From Clostridia bacterium (GTDB taxonomy: Bacteria; Bacillota; Clostridia; Oscillospirales; CAG-272), in assembly GCA_017537175.1 (NCBI GenBank), contig JAFYLH010000014.1, positions 33,513 to 97,512 of the forward strand: 64,000 nucleotides of DNA, written 5' to 3'. Under the pieces are notes generated by a model, which saw nothing but the letters and a program-made list of their open reading frames with translations, did not search any database and was not told where the DNA came from. Position numbers and translations under genes: made by a program. Below, in pieces: positions 9,727-18,666 of the stretch; within the stretch, counting starts at the first letter, position 1, and each line of letters starts with the position of its first letter.

Positions 9727-10518
9727 AAAATACTTTCTCATCTGTTCTATTGCACCCTTTTCCACTCTTGACACCTGAGCCTGAGATATGCCGATCTCAT
9801 CGGCTATCTCCATCTGGGTTCTTCCTTCAAAAAATCGCATACTGATTATAGATTTTTCTCTGTCGCTTAATTTTTTTAAGGCCTCTGACAGAGCAATGTT
9901 TTCAAGCCATAGCTCATCACTTGATGTTCTGTCGCTAATCTGGTCAAGAACATATAGCGAATCTCCGTTGCCCTGATCGTTATATACGGGCTCGTACAGA
10001 GAAACAGGATCAACGATTGCCTCAAGTGCCGCATTGACCTTTTCGCAATTACACTCTATGCCCGATTTTTGCAGATATTCGGTTATTTCCTCCATTGTAG
10101 GCTCTCTGTTACGCTTCTTTGATATTTGCTCCTTTGCAGATAATGCCTGATAGGCAAGATCTCTCACCGATCTGCTTACACGGATTATATTGTTGTCTCT
10201 CAGATATCTTCTCACCTCGCCTATGATCATAGGGACGGCATAGGTGCTGAACTTTACATCAAGATCGGTATTAAAGTTGTCAACCGCCTTTATTAAACCG
10301 ACACAGCCTATCTGGAACAGATCGTCTGCGTTTTCACCGCGGTTGCCGAAGCGCTGTATAATACTCAGTACAAGACGGAGATTACCATCTATCAGAGCCT
10401 TGCGTGCTTCTTTGTCTCCTTTGTTCGCTTTTATAAGAAGCTCCTTTTTTTCTTCGTCACTTAATGTTTTAAGATCCGCGGTGTTGATACCGCATATTTC
10501 AACCTTGTTATAATACAC
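9724..10518 (-). CDS. sigG: Sporulation sigma factor G
   Basis: N-terminal NKVEICGINT diagnostic of SigG; GNLRLVLSIIQRF, RYLRDNNIIRVSRS, GRTQMEIADEIGISQAQVSR; GTG start. Confidence 0.93.
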   Translation of the reverse strand: MYYNKVEICGINTADLKTLSDEEKKELLIKANKGDKEARKALIDGNLRLVLSIIQRFGNRGENADDLFQIGCVGLIKAVDNFNTDLDVKFSTYAVPMIIGEVRRYLRDNNIIRVSRSVRDLAYQALSAKEQISKKRNREPTMEEITEYLQKSGIECNCEKVNAALEAIVDPVSLYEPVYNDQGNGDSLYVLDQISDRTSSDELWLENIALSEALKKLSDREKSIISMRFFEGRTQMEIADEIGISQAQVSRVEKGAIEQMRKYF

Positions 10519-10523
10519 ATTAA

Positions 10524-10565
10524 AAGTCCTCCGTTAATACTAATAAAAGTATTGACAGAGGACTT
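10524..10565 (-). promoter_or_regulatory. Hairpin sequestering the sigG ribosome-binding site
   Basis: Minus strand AAGUCCUC-UGUC-AAUACU-uuuauu-AGUAUU-AACG-GAGGACUU; the 3' arm contains GGAGG. Confidence 0.75.
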
Positions 10566-10577
10566 ATTGTATTATGC
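10547..10577 (-). promoter_or_regulatory. Putative sigma-F/sigma-G promoter of sigG
   Basis: GCATA, 16 bp, GTCAATACTT resembles the forespore promoter consensus. Confidence 0.55.
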
Positions 10578-10593
10578 AAGTAAGTATTTGGGA

Positions 10594-13500
10594 TTAATTT
10601 TTATAATCAACAAATGCTACAGCGGGTATTGCTTCACGGGTGTTGCTGTTATAGCTGCCGAGGGTAACCTGTGCGTAGAACATTGCTTCTGTATTTCTGT
10701 TGTAACGAACTCCTTCGATGACACCGCCGTCGTATTCAACGGTTACTGTGTCCTTGTCTGTGATCACGGCATCGGTAAATTCTGTCCACTGACCGTCAAC
10801 AAGAATCTCAAGGCCGTAGATAATCTCGTCTCCCGAATCGTCAAAGGATCTTAAGCCGTCAGCAACATAATTGAAATTGATCTCGATCTTGTTGTCATTC
10901 ACATAGTTTACATTCTTAAGCACGGGGCCTGAGGTGTATTCTATTTCATAGCCTTCTACATCATAGCCGACCGACAGAGCCATATTTGCAAGGCGGGCTG
11001 CCTGGAGATGCTTGATATAAGGATGGATATTGTTTTCCCAGTTTACATCGATAAAGAAATCAGAACAAGCAACAACATAGGAGTTGTCGAGGATCTGAGG
11101 GATTATACCAACCTCGGTACGTACTGCGCCTGTGGGGATATAATGCTGAATCTTATTGGGGTTGTAGCTGGGGAAGCAAGAGGGAAATTCCATAACATAT
11201 ACAGGGAAGTCATCATTACCCATATGCTCGCGGTAGTATGTCATAAGCTCCGCAAACTGAGTCTGGAATGTGCCCTTGGAGGAATCAAGAAGAGTTTCTC
11301 TGGTACTTGCCCAGTCACTTTCACCCTGATACCAGAGGATACCCGCGGTGGAGAAATTAATAAGGGGATAGATCTGCTGATTGTAAGCAAATCTTGTATA
11401 CATGGTGGGGTTAGCAAGGTCGCCTGTTGCGTAACCTTCCATGTTTACACCTTTAAGATAGTAGAAGTACTGACCTGTAGCTTCATTATAAGCCTCGGTA
11501 CCCCATTTTTCAGCAAGCTCGTTGGGAGCAAATGCAATAAGAGGGAAGCCGGAAGCATCAATTTCTATAACACCGATAGGAGTATCGGTAACCTCGGACA
11601 TATTGTATGCAAACAGATAGCCGAGGGCAGAGAATACGTCAGAACTTGCTACAGCTCTTGCAAAATTATTTGTATCCTCGGGATAGTTTGTATCGTAATC
11701 TACCTTGACATCAGAGGGCTTCTGCCAAGCCTTAGGCACCTCTGCATCCTTATAGAGGGTTGCAGTACCCTGAGCGCGGTCGCCTGTGTTTGTCATATGA
11801 TAGGTGTTGGAGTTACGGAAGAAACGGATATTTCTTGCATCGTCAAAGTCGAATACTACATCGTCTTCAAATCTTTTTGTGATAGAGTCTATCTTCATTT
11901 CAAGAAGGCTGTAGTGCACATTTGACTGTCCGATTACATAATATACATCACCGAAAAGAACATCCTTGTATGTCTCTTTGTCATTAATATATATACTTGT
12001 ACCGTTTTTGTTTACGGGGAATGTTTCTGAGAAGGTAACCTTCCATTCGCCTTTTTTAACTTCTGCAAATGCAGTTTTACCGTCAATTGTAACCTTAACA
12101 TATTTTCCGTTTTCGGAGGTGGGTGCCCAACCCCATACAGAGCAGGGCTCATCCTTTTGAAGTATCATATTATCCGAAAATGCAGAGGAAACGGTATATT
12201 CTGCTGCAAGATTCTCGTTAGGATCAACAGGACCTACGGGATCATCAGGCTTTTTGTTGTTATGACGGAAATCTATAAATGCAGCACAGGGGATATTTTC
12301 TGAGTTGCCCAGGGTAACAGAAACGAGGAACATAGCCCAGGGGGTACGGTTATATCTTATACCGTCGATCCTGCCGGCCTCATAGGATACAAGAACTGTA
12401 TCCTTATCGATGATCTTTGCATCAGTATAGGATATCCAGGTGCCGTTTACAAAGATCTCCATATCAAGAATAAGCTCTTCGCCTGTTTCGTCGCACACCT
12501 TGAGACCGTCGCCTACATAATTGAAGTTAAGCTCAACATTGTGGTCATCGAGATAGAAGGATTCCTTAAGTACGGGACCTGATGTATAGTTAATATCATA
12601 GCCCTCAACTGCATAATCACCAACGGACAGAACGATATTTGTAAGTCTGTCTGCCTGCCAATGCTTGATGTAAGGGTGAATATTGTTGATCCAGGTATTA
12701 TCACCGAAGAAGTCGGAGCTTGCAACGATGTAGGAGTTGTCAAGAACCTGGGGTATGGTACCAAGCTCTGCTCTTACTGAACCAAAGTCGAAGTAAGAAA
12801 GGGTCTCGCCGTTATATGTACCCTCAAAGCAAGAGGGGAATTCCATAACATAAACAGGGAAATCATCGTTACCCATATGCTCACGGAAATATGTCATAAG
12901 CTCCGCAAACTGATTGGTAAATGTGTTCTTATAATCAGCACCCATTATCTCACGGCAGTTTATCCAGTCACTTTCACCCTGATACCAGAGTATACCTGCA
13001 GTTGAGAAGTTGATGAGGGGATAAAGCTGCTGATTATATGCAAATCTTGTCTTGAGGTAATCAGCCGCAAGACCGTTGCAGTTATAATAGTATGTACCTG
13101 TTACGGGGTCATAAGACTCGTGTCCCCATTTTTCTGCAAGCTCATTGGGAGCAAAGGAGATAAGGGGATGACCGGAAGCATCGATCTCGATTACACCGAT
13201 AGGTACATCTGTCTCATCAGACATATTGTAAGCAAAGAGATAACCGAGAGCAGAGAACACCTCGGCACTTATACCGTTACGGTCAAAGCCGTTCTGTGTA
13301 GCAGGCTTATAATTTTCGTAGGGCTCGACCTGGTTGCCGATATCGGAGGGTGTCTGCCAACCTTCGTTGTGATAAACATCCTTAAAGAGCTTATCGGTGC
13401 CGCGGGCATCCTCGCCTGTAAAGCTGTAATCGGTATTGGAAACACGGAAGAATCTGAGGTTTCTGTTATCATCATAATCAACTGTGAGAGTATTGCTGAG

Positions 13501-14478
13501 ACCCTTATAGTTAAGGTCGATTATTAGCTCTGCAAGGCTGTAGTATGCATTGGACTGACCAAAGATGTAGTACATATCACCAAAGAGAATATTATTGTAT
13601 TCTCTGTCTTCGATTCCATCGGTAACGGTAAGGGTTGTACCGTTGGCATTTGCGGGGAATGTTTCGGAGAATGTGGCCTTCCACTCTCCGTTATTTACGC
13701 GCGCAATGGCTACATGACCGTCTATCTCGCAACGCACTATTCTGCCGTTCTGTGTTTCATCAGCGAACCCCCAAACAGAGCATTTTTCGTCTCTCTGGAG
13801 GAGCATATCATCTGCAAATACCTTTGCAACGGTGATATCCTCAGCAAAACGGTTGAACTTTTTATCAAAGTTCATTATCATAACCGCAAGCTCTGCTCTT
13901 GTTGCTGTACCTTTGGGGTTAAGTGTGCCGTCAGCATTACCCGACATAACACCGTTTTCTACCGCCCAGTTCATAGATGCTTTTGCCCAGCTTGCAATTT
14001 TAGCATTATCACTGAAGCCGTCAACAGCATTATTATTTACGGGAGTTACATCACTTCCTGTGAACTTAGCATAATTCTGCAGGAACATTGCAAGCTCCTG
14101 ACGGGTAACTGCGGTAAGGGGCTCAAATTTTTCGCCCTTGCCGTTTGCAACGCCGTTCTGATATGCCCATTCTACTGTTTTTGCAAACCAATGGTTTGTT
14201 TTTACATCAGGGAATGAGGTTCCGTCGTATGCATCGGGATAATACTCTGCCATATTGGCAAGTATCGTAACTATCATAGCTCTGTTAACGGTTGTGGTAG
14301 GACCGTAGGTGGTCTCGGTCATACCGTTAACAAAATTGTTTGTATAGCAATATTCAACTGCCTCTTTGTACCAATGATTATCCTTGACATCCGTAAAGGG
14401 GTGAGCTGCATTTGCAGTCAGGGATAATAAAGTTACAAGAAGAATAACTATTGCGGAAATAGAAAGAATCTTTTTCAT
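10594..14478 (-). CDS. Secreted SLH-domain protein with two tandem sialate O-acetylesterase-like (SGNH/SASA) domains
   Basis: Signal peptide ending ANA-A; three SLH repeats (FTDVKDNHWY, FPDVKTNHWF, PKGTATRAE); two copies of GQSN..WYQGESD..NNIHP. Confidence 0.82.
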   Translation of the reverse strand: MKKILSISAIVILLVTLLSLTANAAHPFTDVKDNHWYKEAVEYCYTNNFVNGMTETTYGPTTTVNRAMIVTILANMAEYYPDAYDGTSFPDVKTNHWFAKTVEWAYQNGVANGKGEKFEPLTAVTRQELAMFLQNYAKFTGSDVTPVNNNAVDGFSDNAKIASWAKASMNWAVENGVMSGNADGTLNPKGTATRAELAVMIMNFDKKFNRFAEDITVAKVFADDMLLQRDEKCSVWGFADETQNGRIVRCEIDGHVAIARVNNGEWKATFSETFPANANGTTLTVTDGIEDREYNNILFGDMYYIFGQSNAYYSLAELIIDLNYKGLSNTLTVDYDDNRNLRFFRVSNTDYSFTGEDARGTDKLFKDVYHNEGWQTPSDIGNQVEPYENYKPATQNGFDRNGISAEVFSALGYLFAYNMSDETDVPIGVIEIDASGHPLISFAPNELAEKWGHESYDPVTGTYYYNCNGLAADYLKTRFAYNQQLYPLINFSTAGILWYQGESDWINCREIMGADYKNTFTNQFAELMTYFREHMGNDDFPVYVMEFPSCFEGTYNGETLSYFDFGSVRAELGTIPQVLDNSYIVASSDFFGDNTWINNIHPYIKHWQADRLTNIVLSVGDYAVEGYDINYTSGPVLKESFYLDDHNVELNFNYVGDGLKVCDETGEELILDMEIFVNGTWISYTDAKIIDKDTVLVSYEAGRIDGIRYNRTPWAMFLVSVTLGNSENIPCAAFIDFRHNNKKPDDPVGPVDPNENLAAEYTVSSAFSDNMILQKDEPCSVWGWAPTSENGKYVKVTIDGKTAFAEVKKGEWKVTFSETFPVNKNGTSIYINDKETYKDVLFGDVYYVIGQSNVHYSLLEMKIDSITKRFEDDVVFDFDDARNIRFFRNSNTYHMTNTGDRAQGTATLYKDAEVPKAWQKPSDVKVDYDTNYPEDTNNFARAVASSDVFSALGYLFAYNMSEVTDTPIGVIEIDASGFPLIAFAPNELAEKWGTEAYNEATGQYFYYLKGVNMEGYATGDLANPTMYTRFAYNQQIYPLINFSTAGILWYQGESDWASTRETLLDSSKGTFQTQFAELMTYYREHMGNDDFPVYVMEFPSCFPSYNPNKIQHYIPTGAVRTEVGIIPQILDNSYVVACSDFFIDVNWENNIHPYIKHLQAARLANMALSVGYDVEGYEIEYTSGPVLKNVNYVNDNKIEINFNYVADGLRSFDDSGDEIIYGLEILVDGQWTEFTDAVITDKDTVTVEYDGGVIEGVRYNRNTEAMFYAQVTLGSYNSNTREAIPAVAFVDYKN

Positions 14479-14494
14479 ATATCCTCCGTTAAAA

Positions 14495-15718
14495 TCAGAA
14501 CGCCCAGTTGCCGTCCTTGAATATCGGTACAGTTTTGCCGTCTGCGCAGACAGCTTCGATGTTAAGATCCTCTGAGCCGATCATAAAGTCCTCGTGGATC
14601 ATAGAATCGTTTACACCCAGCTCCTTGTACTGATCAAGAGTGTATTTTTCATATTCTCTGATTGTGTTGGTAAAGCCTCTACCCATTGCAAGATGACAGC
14701 AGGCATTTTCATCAAAGAGGGTGTTGTAGAAGGTAAGACCGGACTTGTTGATGGGAGAATCAAAGGGAACAAGTGCGCATTCGCCGAGGTATGCGGCACC
14801 CTCGTCCATATTGAGCATTTCTGTTAACAGGTCCTCGTTGCGTTCAGCGCCCCACTTAACAGCCTTGCCGTCCTTAAATTCAATGTAGAAATTCTCTATA
14901 AGCTCTCCTCTGTAGGAAAGGGGCTTTGTGGAATATACAATACCCTCTGCCTCACCCTTCTTGGGAGAAATAAAGCACTCCTCGGTGGGGATGTTGGCGT
15001 TGAAGTATATACCCTGCAGGGACTCTTCACCGCCGCCTAAGAACATTGCTTCGGGGATCATACCAACGGTAAGGTTTGTGCCGTTGGCAGAGGTATAATG
15101 AAGCTTCTCAATACCGAGAGAGTTAAGATACTTGCATCTTTCGTAGAGATCCTTGTTATGCTCCTTCCAGTTTTCTATGGGGTTGCTGTCGGCACGGGAG
15201 GTGTAGAGAATAGCTTCCCAGAGCTTTTCAACAGCTTGATGCTTTGAAAGGTTGGGGAACATCTTCTTTGCCCACTTGACACCGGGAACAGCGGCGATAG
15301 TCCACTGATATTTGTTGTCCATTTCATCTCGGAAGGGCTTGATGATCTTATACTTAGCCTGTGTAGCCTTTGACATCTTAGCCTGATTGATACCATTAAG
15401 ACCGTCGGGATCCTCGGAAAGCAGGTAGATCATACAGGGAAGTACCTTTGTTCTGTATCTGAGCTTTTCTACCTCCCACTCCTCCATTGTAGAAAGGGTC
15501 TTAAGAGATTTATGTCTTACATTGAGCTTTGTGAGGGGCTGATGCTGCCACTGAACCTCAACCTTGCGTGCGCCTGCTTTATAGCACTGGTCTACGACCA
15601 TTTCTACAAATTCGGGCTGGTCAAGCTCTGCCATTACTATGACATCCTGTCCCTTCTGTACATTTGCGCCTACTGTAGCAATAAGCTTTGCATATTCCTT
15701 TAAAACTGTTTTCTTCAT
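14495..15718 (-). CDS. Aminopeptidase, family M29 (AmpS/PepS/AmpT-like)
   Basis: ANIPTEECF, YLGECALV, FYNTLFDENACCHLAMG and NDSMIHEDFMIG metal-ligand motifs. Confidence 0.9.
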   Translation of the reverse strand: MKKTVLKEYAKLIATVGANVQKGQDVIVMAELDQPEFVEMVVDQCYKAGARKVEVQWQHQPLTKLNVRHKSLKTLSTMEEWEVEKLRYRTKVLPCMIYLLSEDPDGLNGINQAKMSKATQAKYKIIKPFRDEMDNKYQWTIAAVPGVKWAKKMFPNLSKHQAVEKLWEAILYTSRADSNPIENWKEHNKDLYERCKYLNSLGIEKLHYTSANGTNLTVGMIPEAMFLGGGEESLQGIYFNANIPTEECFISPKKGEAEGIVYSTKPLSYRGELIENFYIEFKDGKAVKWGAERNEDLLTEMLNMDEGAAYLGECALVPFDSPINKSGLTFYNTLFDENACCHLAMGRGFTNTIREYEKYTLDQYKELGVNDSMIHEDFMIGSEDLNIEAVCADGKTVPIFKDGNWAF

Positions 15719-15726
15719 ATTTCACC

Positions 15727-17004
15727 TCATAAATTTTCAAGAGCCTGAGCGATATCATCAATGATATCGTCTGCGTTTTCGATTCCTACAGAGAGTCTTA
15801 TAAGATCGGGTGTAGTTCCGCACTCAATAAGCTGTTCGTCGGTCATCTGTCTGTGTGTTGTGCTTGCGGGATGCAGACAGCAGGTCCTTGCGTCTGCAAC
15901 ATGGGTAACAACAGCTGCAAGCTTAAGGGAGTCCATAAATCTTGTAGCCGCCTCTCTTCCGCCTGCAACTCCGAAGGATATTACACCGCTTGAGCCGTTG
16001 GGAAGATATTTTTTTGCAAGCTCGTTGTATTTATTATCCTCAAGATCGGGGTAGTTTACCCAGGTAACCTTGGGGTTACTTGTGAGATAGTTTGCAATTT
16101 TTCTCGCGTTCTCACAATGACGCTGAACTCTCAGATGCAGGGATTCAAGACCAAGATTAAGCATAAAAGATGTGATAGCGGGAGGAATGGAACCGAGATC
16201 GCGCATAAGCTGTACGGTAAGCTTGGTGATATATGCCGCTTTACCGAACTGCTCTGTATAGCTGACACCATGATAAGAGGGATCGGGTTCTACCAGACAA
16301 GCAAACTTTTCGGGATACTTTGTCCAATCGAAATTACCGGAATCTATAACAACACCTCCTACAACCGAAGCGTGTCCGTCCATGTATTTTGTTGTGGAGT
16401 GAGTTACGATATCTGCACCAAACTCGATCGGTCTGCAGTTAATGGGAGTAGGGAAGGTATTGTCAACGATAAGAGGTAGTCCGTTATCGTGAGCAGCATT
16501 CGCAAAGGTTTCGATATCAAGCACTGCAAGAGAAGGGTTTGCGAGAGTTTCACCGAACACAGCCTTGGTATTGGGTTTGATCGCTGCACAGATTTCTTCA
16601 TACGTAGAATCAGGTGAGATAAAAGTTGCGTCAATACCCATTTTTTTCATTGTAACGCTGATAAGGTTGAAGGTGCCACCGTATATAGCTGAGGATGCAA
16701 CAATGTGGTCGCCTGCGTTAACGATATTAAAGAGGGCGAAGAAATTCGCTGCCTGACCGGAGGAGGTTAGTATTGCTGCAACGCCGCCCTCAAGAGCTGC
16801 GATCTTGGAAGCAACCGCATCGTTTGTGGGGTTAGCCAGTCTGGAATAGAAATAACCCTCTGCCTTTAAGTCAAAAAGGTCACCCATTTCCTGGCTTGTT
16901 TCATATTTGTATGTTGTTGATTGAATTATAGGAAGTACTCGGGGCTCACCGTTTTTAGGGGTGTAGCCTGCCTGTACGCATTTTGTTTCAATTTTGTTGT
17001 TCAT
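15727..17004 (-). CDS. metY: O-acetylhomoserine aminocarboxypropyltransferase / sulfhydrylase
   Basis: YSRLANPT, SSGQAA, IVDNTF, PLP-lysine motif HSTTKYMDGH, HPASTTHRQ. Confidence 0.9.
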   Translation of the reverse strand: MNNKIETKCVQAGYTPKNGEPRVLPIIQSTTYKYETSQEMGDLFDLKAEGYFYSRLANPTNDAVASKIAALEGGVAAILTSSGQAANFFALFNIVNAGDHIVASSAIYGGTFNLISVTMKKMGIDATFISPDSTYEEICAAIKPNTKAVFGETLANPSLAVLDIETFANAAHDNGLPLIVDNTFPTPINCRPIEFGADIVTHSTTKYMDGHASVVGGVVIDSGNFDWTKYPEKFACLVEPDPSYHGVSYTEQFGKAAYITKLTVQLMRDLGSIPPAITSFMLNLGLESLHLRVQRHCENARKIANYLTSNPKVTWVNYPDLEDNKYNELAKKYLPNGSSGVISFGVAGGREAATRFMDSLKLAAVVTHVADARTCCLHPASTTHRQMTDEQLIECGTTPDLIRLSVGIENADDIIDDIAQALENL

Positions 17005-17008
17005 AATA

Positions 17009-18661
17009 TTAACCTTTCTTGAAACTGTCCTTAAGACCTACTATGAGGTTATAGGTGTTCTCGTTCTTGGTATCCTTTACAAAATATCCGTTACGGACAA
17101 ACTGGAAACGCTCAGCCCCGCCTGCATCCTTAAGTGCAGGCTCAACCTTGCAGTTTTCGTACTTGGTTACAGAATTGATATTGAGGTAATCGTCATAGGT
17201 CTTGTCCTCGGGAATATCACCTGTGTTTTCGATATCAAAGAGCTTATCATACATCATTACGGTGACATTTTCGGCATATTTTGCGCTTACCCAATGGATA
17301 GTACCCTTGATCTTGCGGTCAGGCTTATTTGTGCCTGTTTCGATGTCAGCGGTACATCTGAGCTCCTTGATCGATCCGTCCTCGTTTTTAACGATCTCGT
17401 CAAGCTTGATGATATATGATCCCATAAGTCTTACTTCACCTTCGGGCTTAAGTCTGAAGAACTTAGGCGGAGGTACCTCGGCAAAGTCAGAGCTGTCAAT
17501 ATAAAGCTCACGGGTAAAGGGAACCTGTCTTACACCTGCATTTTCGTCATTGGGGTTGTTTGCAATTTCAAAGTACTCGGTCTTATCCTCAGGGTAGTTT
17601 GTAACAACCACCTTTATGGGATCAATTACCGCAATACGGCGAAGAGCAGTCATATTAAGCTCTTCTCTTGCGCAATGCTCAAGAAGCTCCATATCAAGAA
17701 GGCTGTAATTTTTTGCAACACCTGCGCGGCGTACAAAATCGAATATAGCCGAAGGAGTATAGCCTCTTCTTCTCAGACCGCAGATGGTGGGCATACGGGG
17801 ATCATCCCAACCATCAACCAGATTAGTCTCAACAAGCTTTCTGAGGTATCTCTTACTCATAACTGTATGGGTTACATTGAGTCTTGCGAACTCATACTGG
17901 TGAGGTCTGGGGTCAAAGCCGCCTATATTATCGAGCACCCAGTCATAAAGGGGTCTGTGGTTTTCAAATTCAAGGGAGCAAAGGGAGTATGTGATACCTT
18001 CAAGAGCATCCTGGATAGGATGTGCAAAGTCATAGAGAGGGTAGATACACCACTTGTCGCCCTGTCTGTGGTGATCGGTATGGAGTATACGGTAGATAGC
18101 GGGGTCACGCATATTCATATTAGGCGATGCCATATCTATCTTTGCGCGGAGGGTTCTTGCTCCGTCCTCAAACTCGCCGTTCTTCATACGCTCAAAGAGA
18201 TCGAGGTTTTCTTCAACCGATCTGTTTCTGTAGGGGCTTTCCTTACCGGGCTCGGTAAGAGTACCTCTGTACTCTCTCATTTCATCGGCTGTAAGGTCGC
18301 AGACGAAGGCCTTGCCGTCCTTTATGAGCTTTATTGCATATTCGTAGCACTTCTCAAAGTAATCCGAGCCGTAGAATACACCGCCTGTAGGCTCACAGCC
18401 GAGCCACTTAAGATCCTCGTAGATAGACTGAACATACTCGTCGCCTTCCTTTGAGGGGTTGGTGTCGTCATAACGGAGATTGAACTGACCGCCGTACTTT
18501 TTTGCTGTTGAATAGTTGATCCATATAGCCTTAGCAGAGCCTATATGGAGGTATCCGTTAGGCTCGGGAGGAAAACGGGTATGAACCGTATTATTAACAC
18601 CCTCTGTCAAGTCCTTGTCAATTATGTCGTGAATAAAATTTGATGTGGTGATCTCTTCCAT
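17009..18661 (-). CDS. glnS: Glutamine--tRNA ligase
   Basis: TRFPPEPNGYLHIGS, SLCSLEFENHRPLYDW, VMSKR, GWDDPRMPT, KGTIHWVS, FQFVRNGYF. Confidence 0.95.
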   Translation of the reverse strand: MEEITTSNFIHDIIDKDLTEGVNNTVHTRFPPEPNGYLHIGSAKAIWINYSTAKKYGGQFNLRYDDTNPSKEGDEYVQSIYEDLKWLGCEPTGGVFYGSDYFEKCYEYAIKLIKDGKAFVCDLTADEMREYRGTLTEPGKESPYRNRSVEENLDLFERMKNGEFEDGARTLRAKIDMASPNMNMRDPAIYRILHTDHHRQGDKWCIYPLYDFAHPIQDALEGITYSLCSLEFENHRPLYDWVLDNIGGFDPRPHQYEFARLNVTHTVMSKRYLRKLVETNLVDGWDDPRMPTICGLRRRGYTPSAIFDFVRRAGVAKNYSLLDMELLEHCAREELNMTALRRIAVIDPIKVVVTNYPEDKTEYFEIANNPNDENAGVRQVPFTRELYIDSSDFAEVPPPKFFRLKPEGEVRLMGSYIIKLDEIVKNEDGSIKELRCTADIETGTNKPDRKIKGTIHWVSAKYAENVTVMMYDKLFDIENTGDIPEDKTYDDYLNINSVTKYENCKVEPALKDAGGAERFQFVRNGYFVKDTKNENTYNLIVGLKDSFKKG

Positions 18662-18666
18662 TGGTC

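Noticed and set aside
10594-13850. Duplicated esterase domains as a DGR template/variable repeat pair
   Set aside because: Both copies are in-frame in one CDS, differences are not adenine-specific, and no reverse transcriptase is present.
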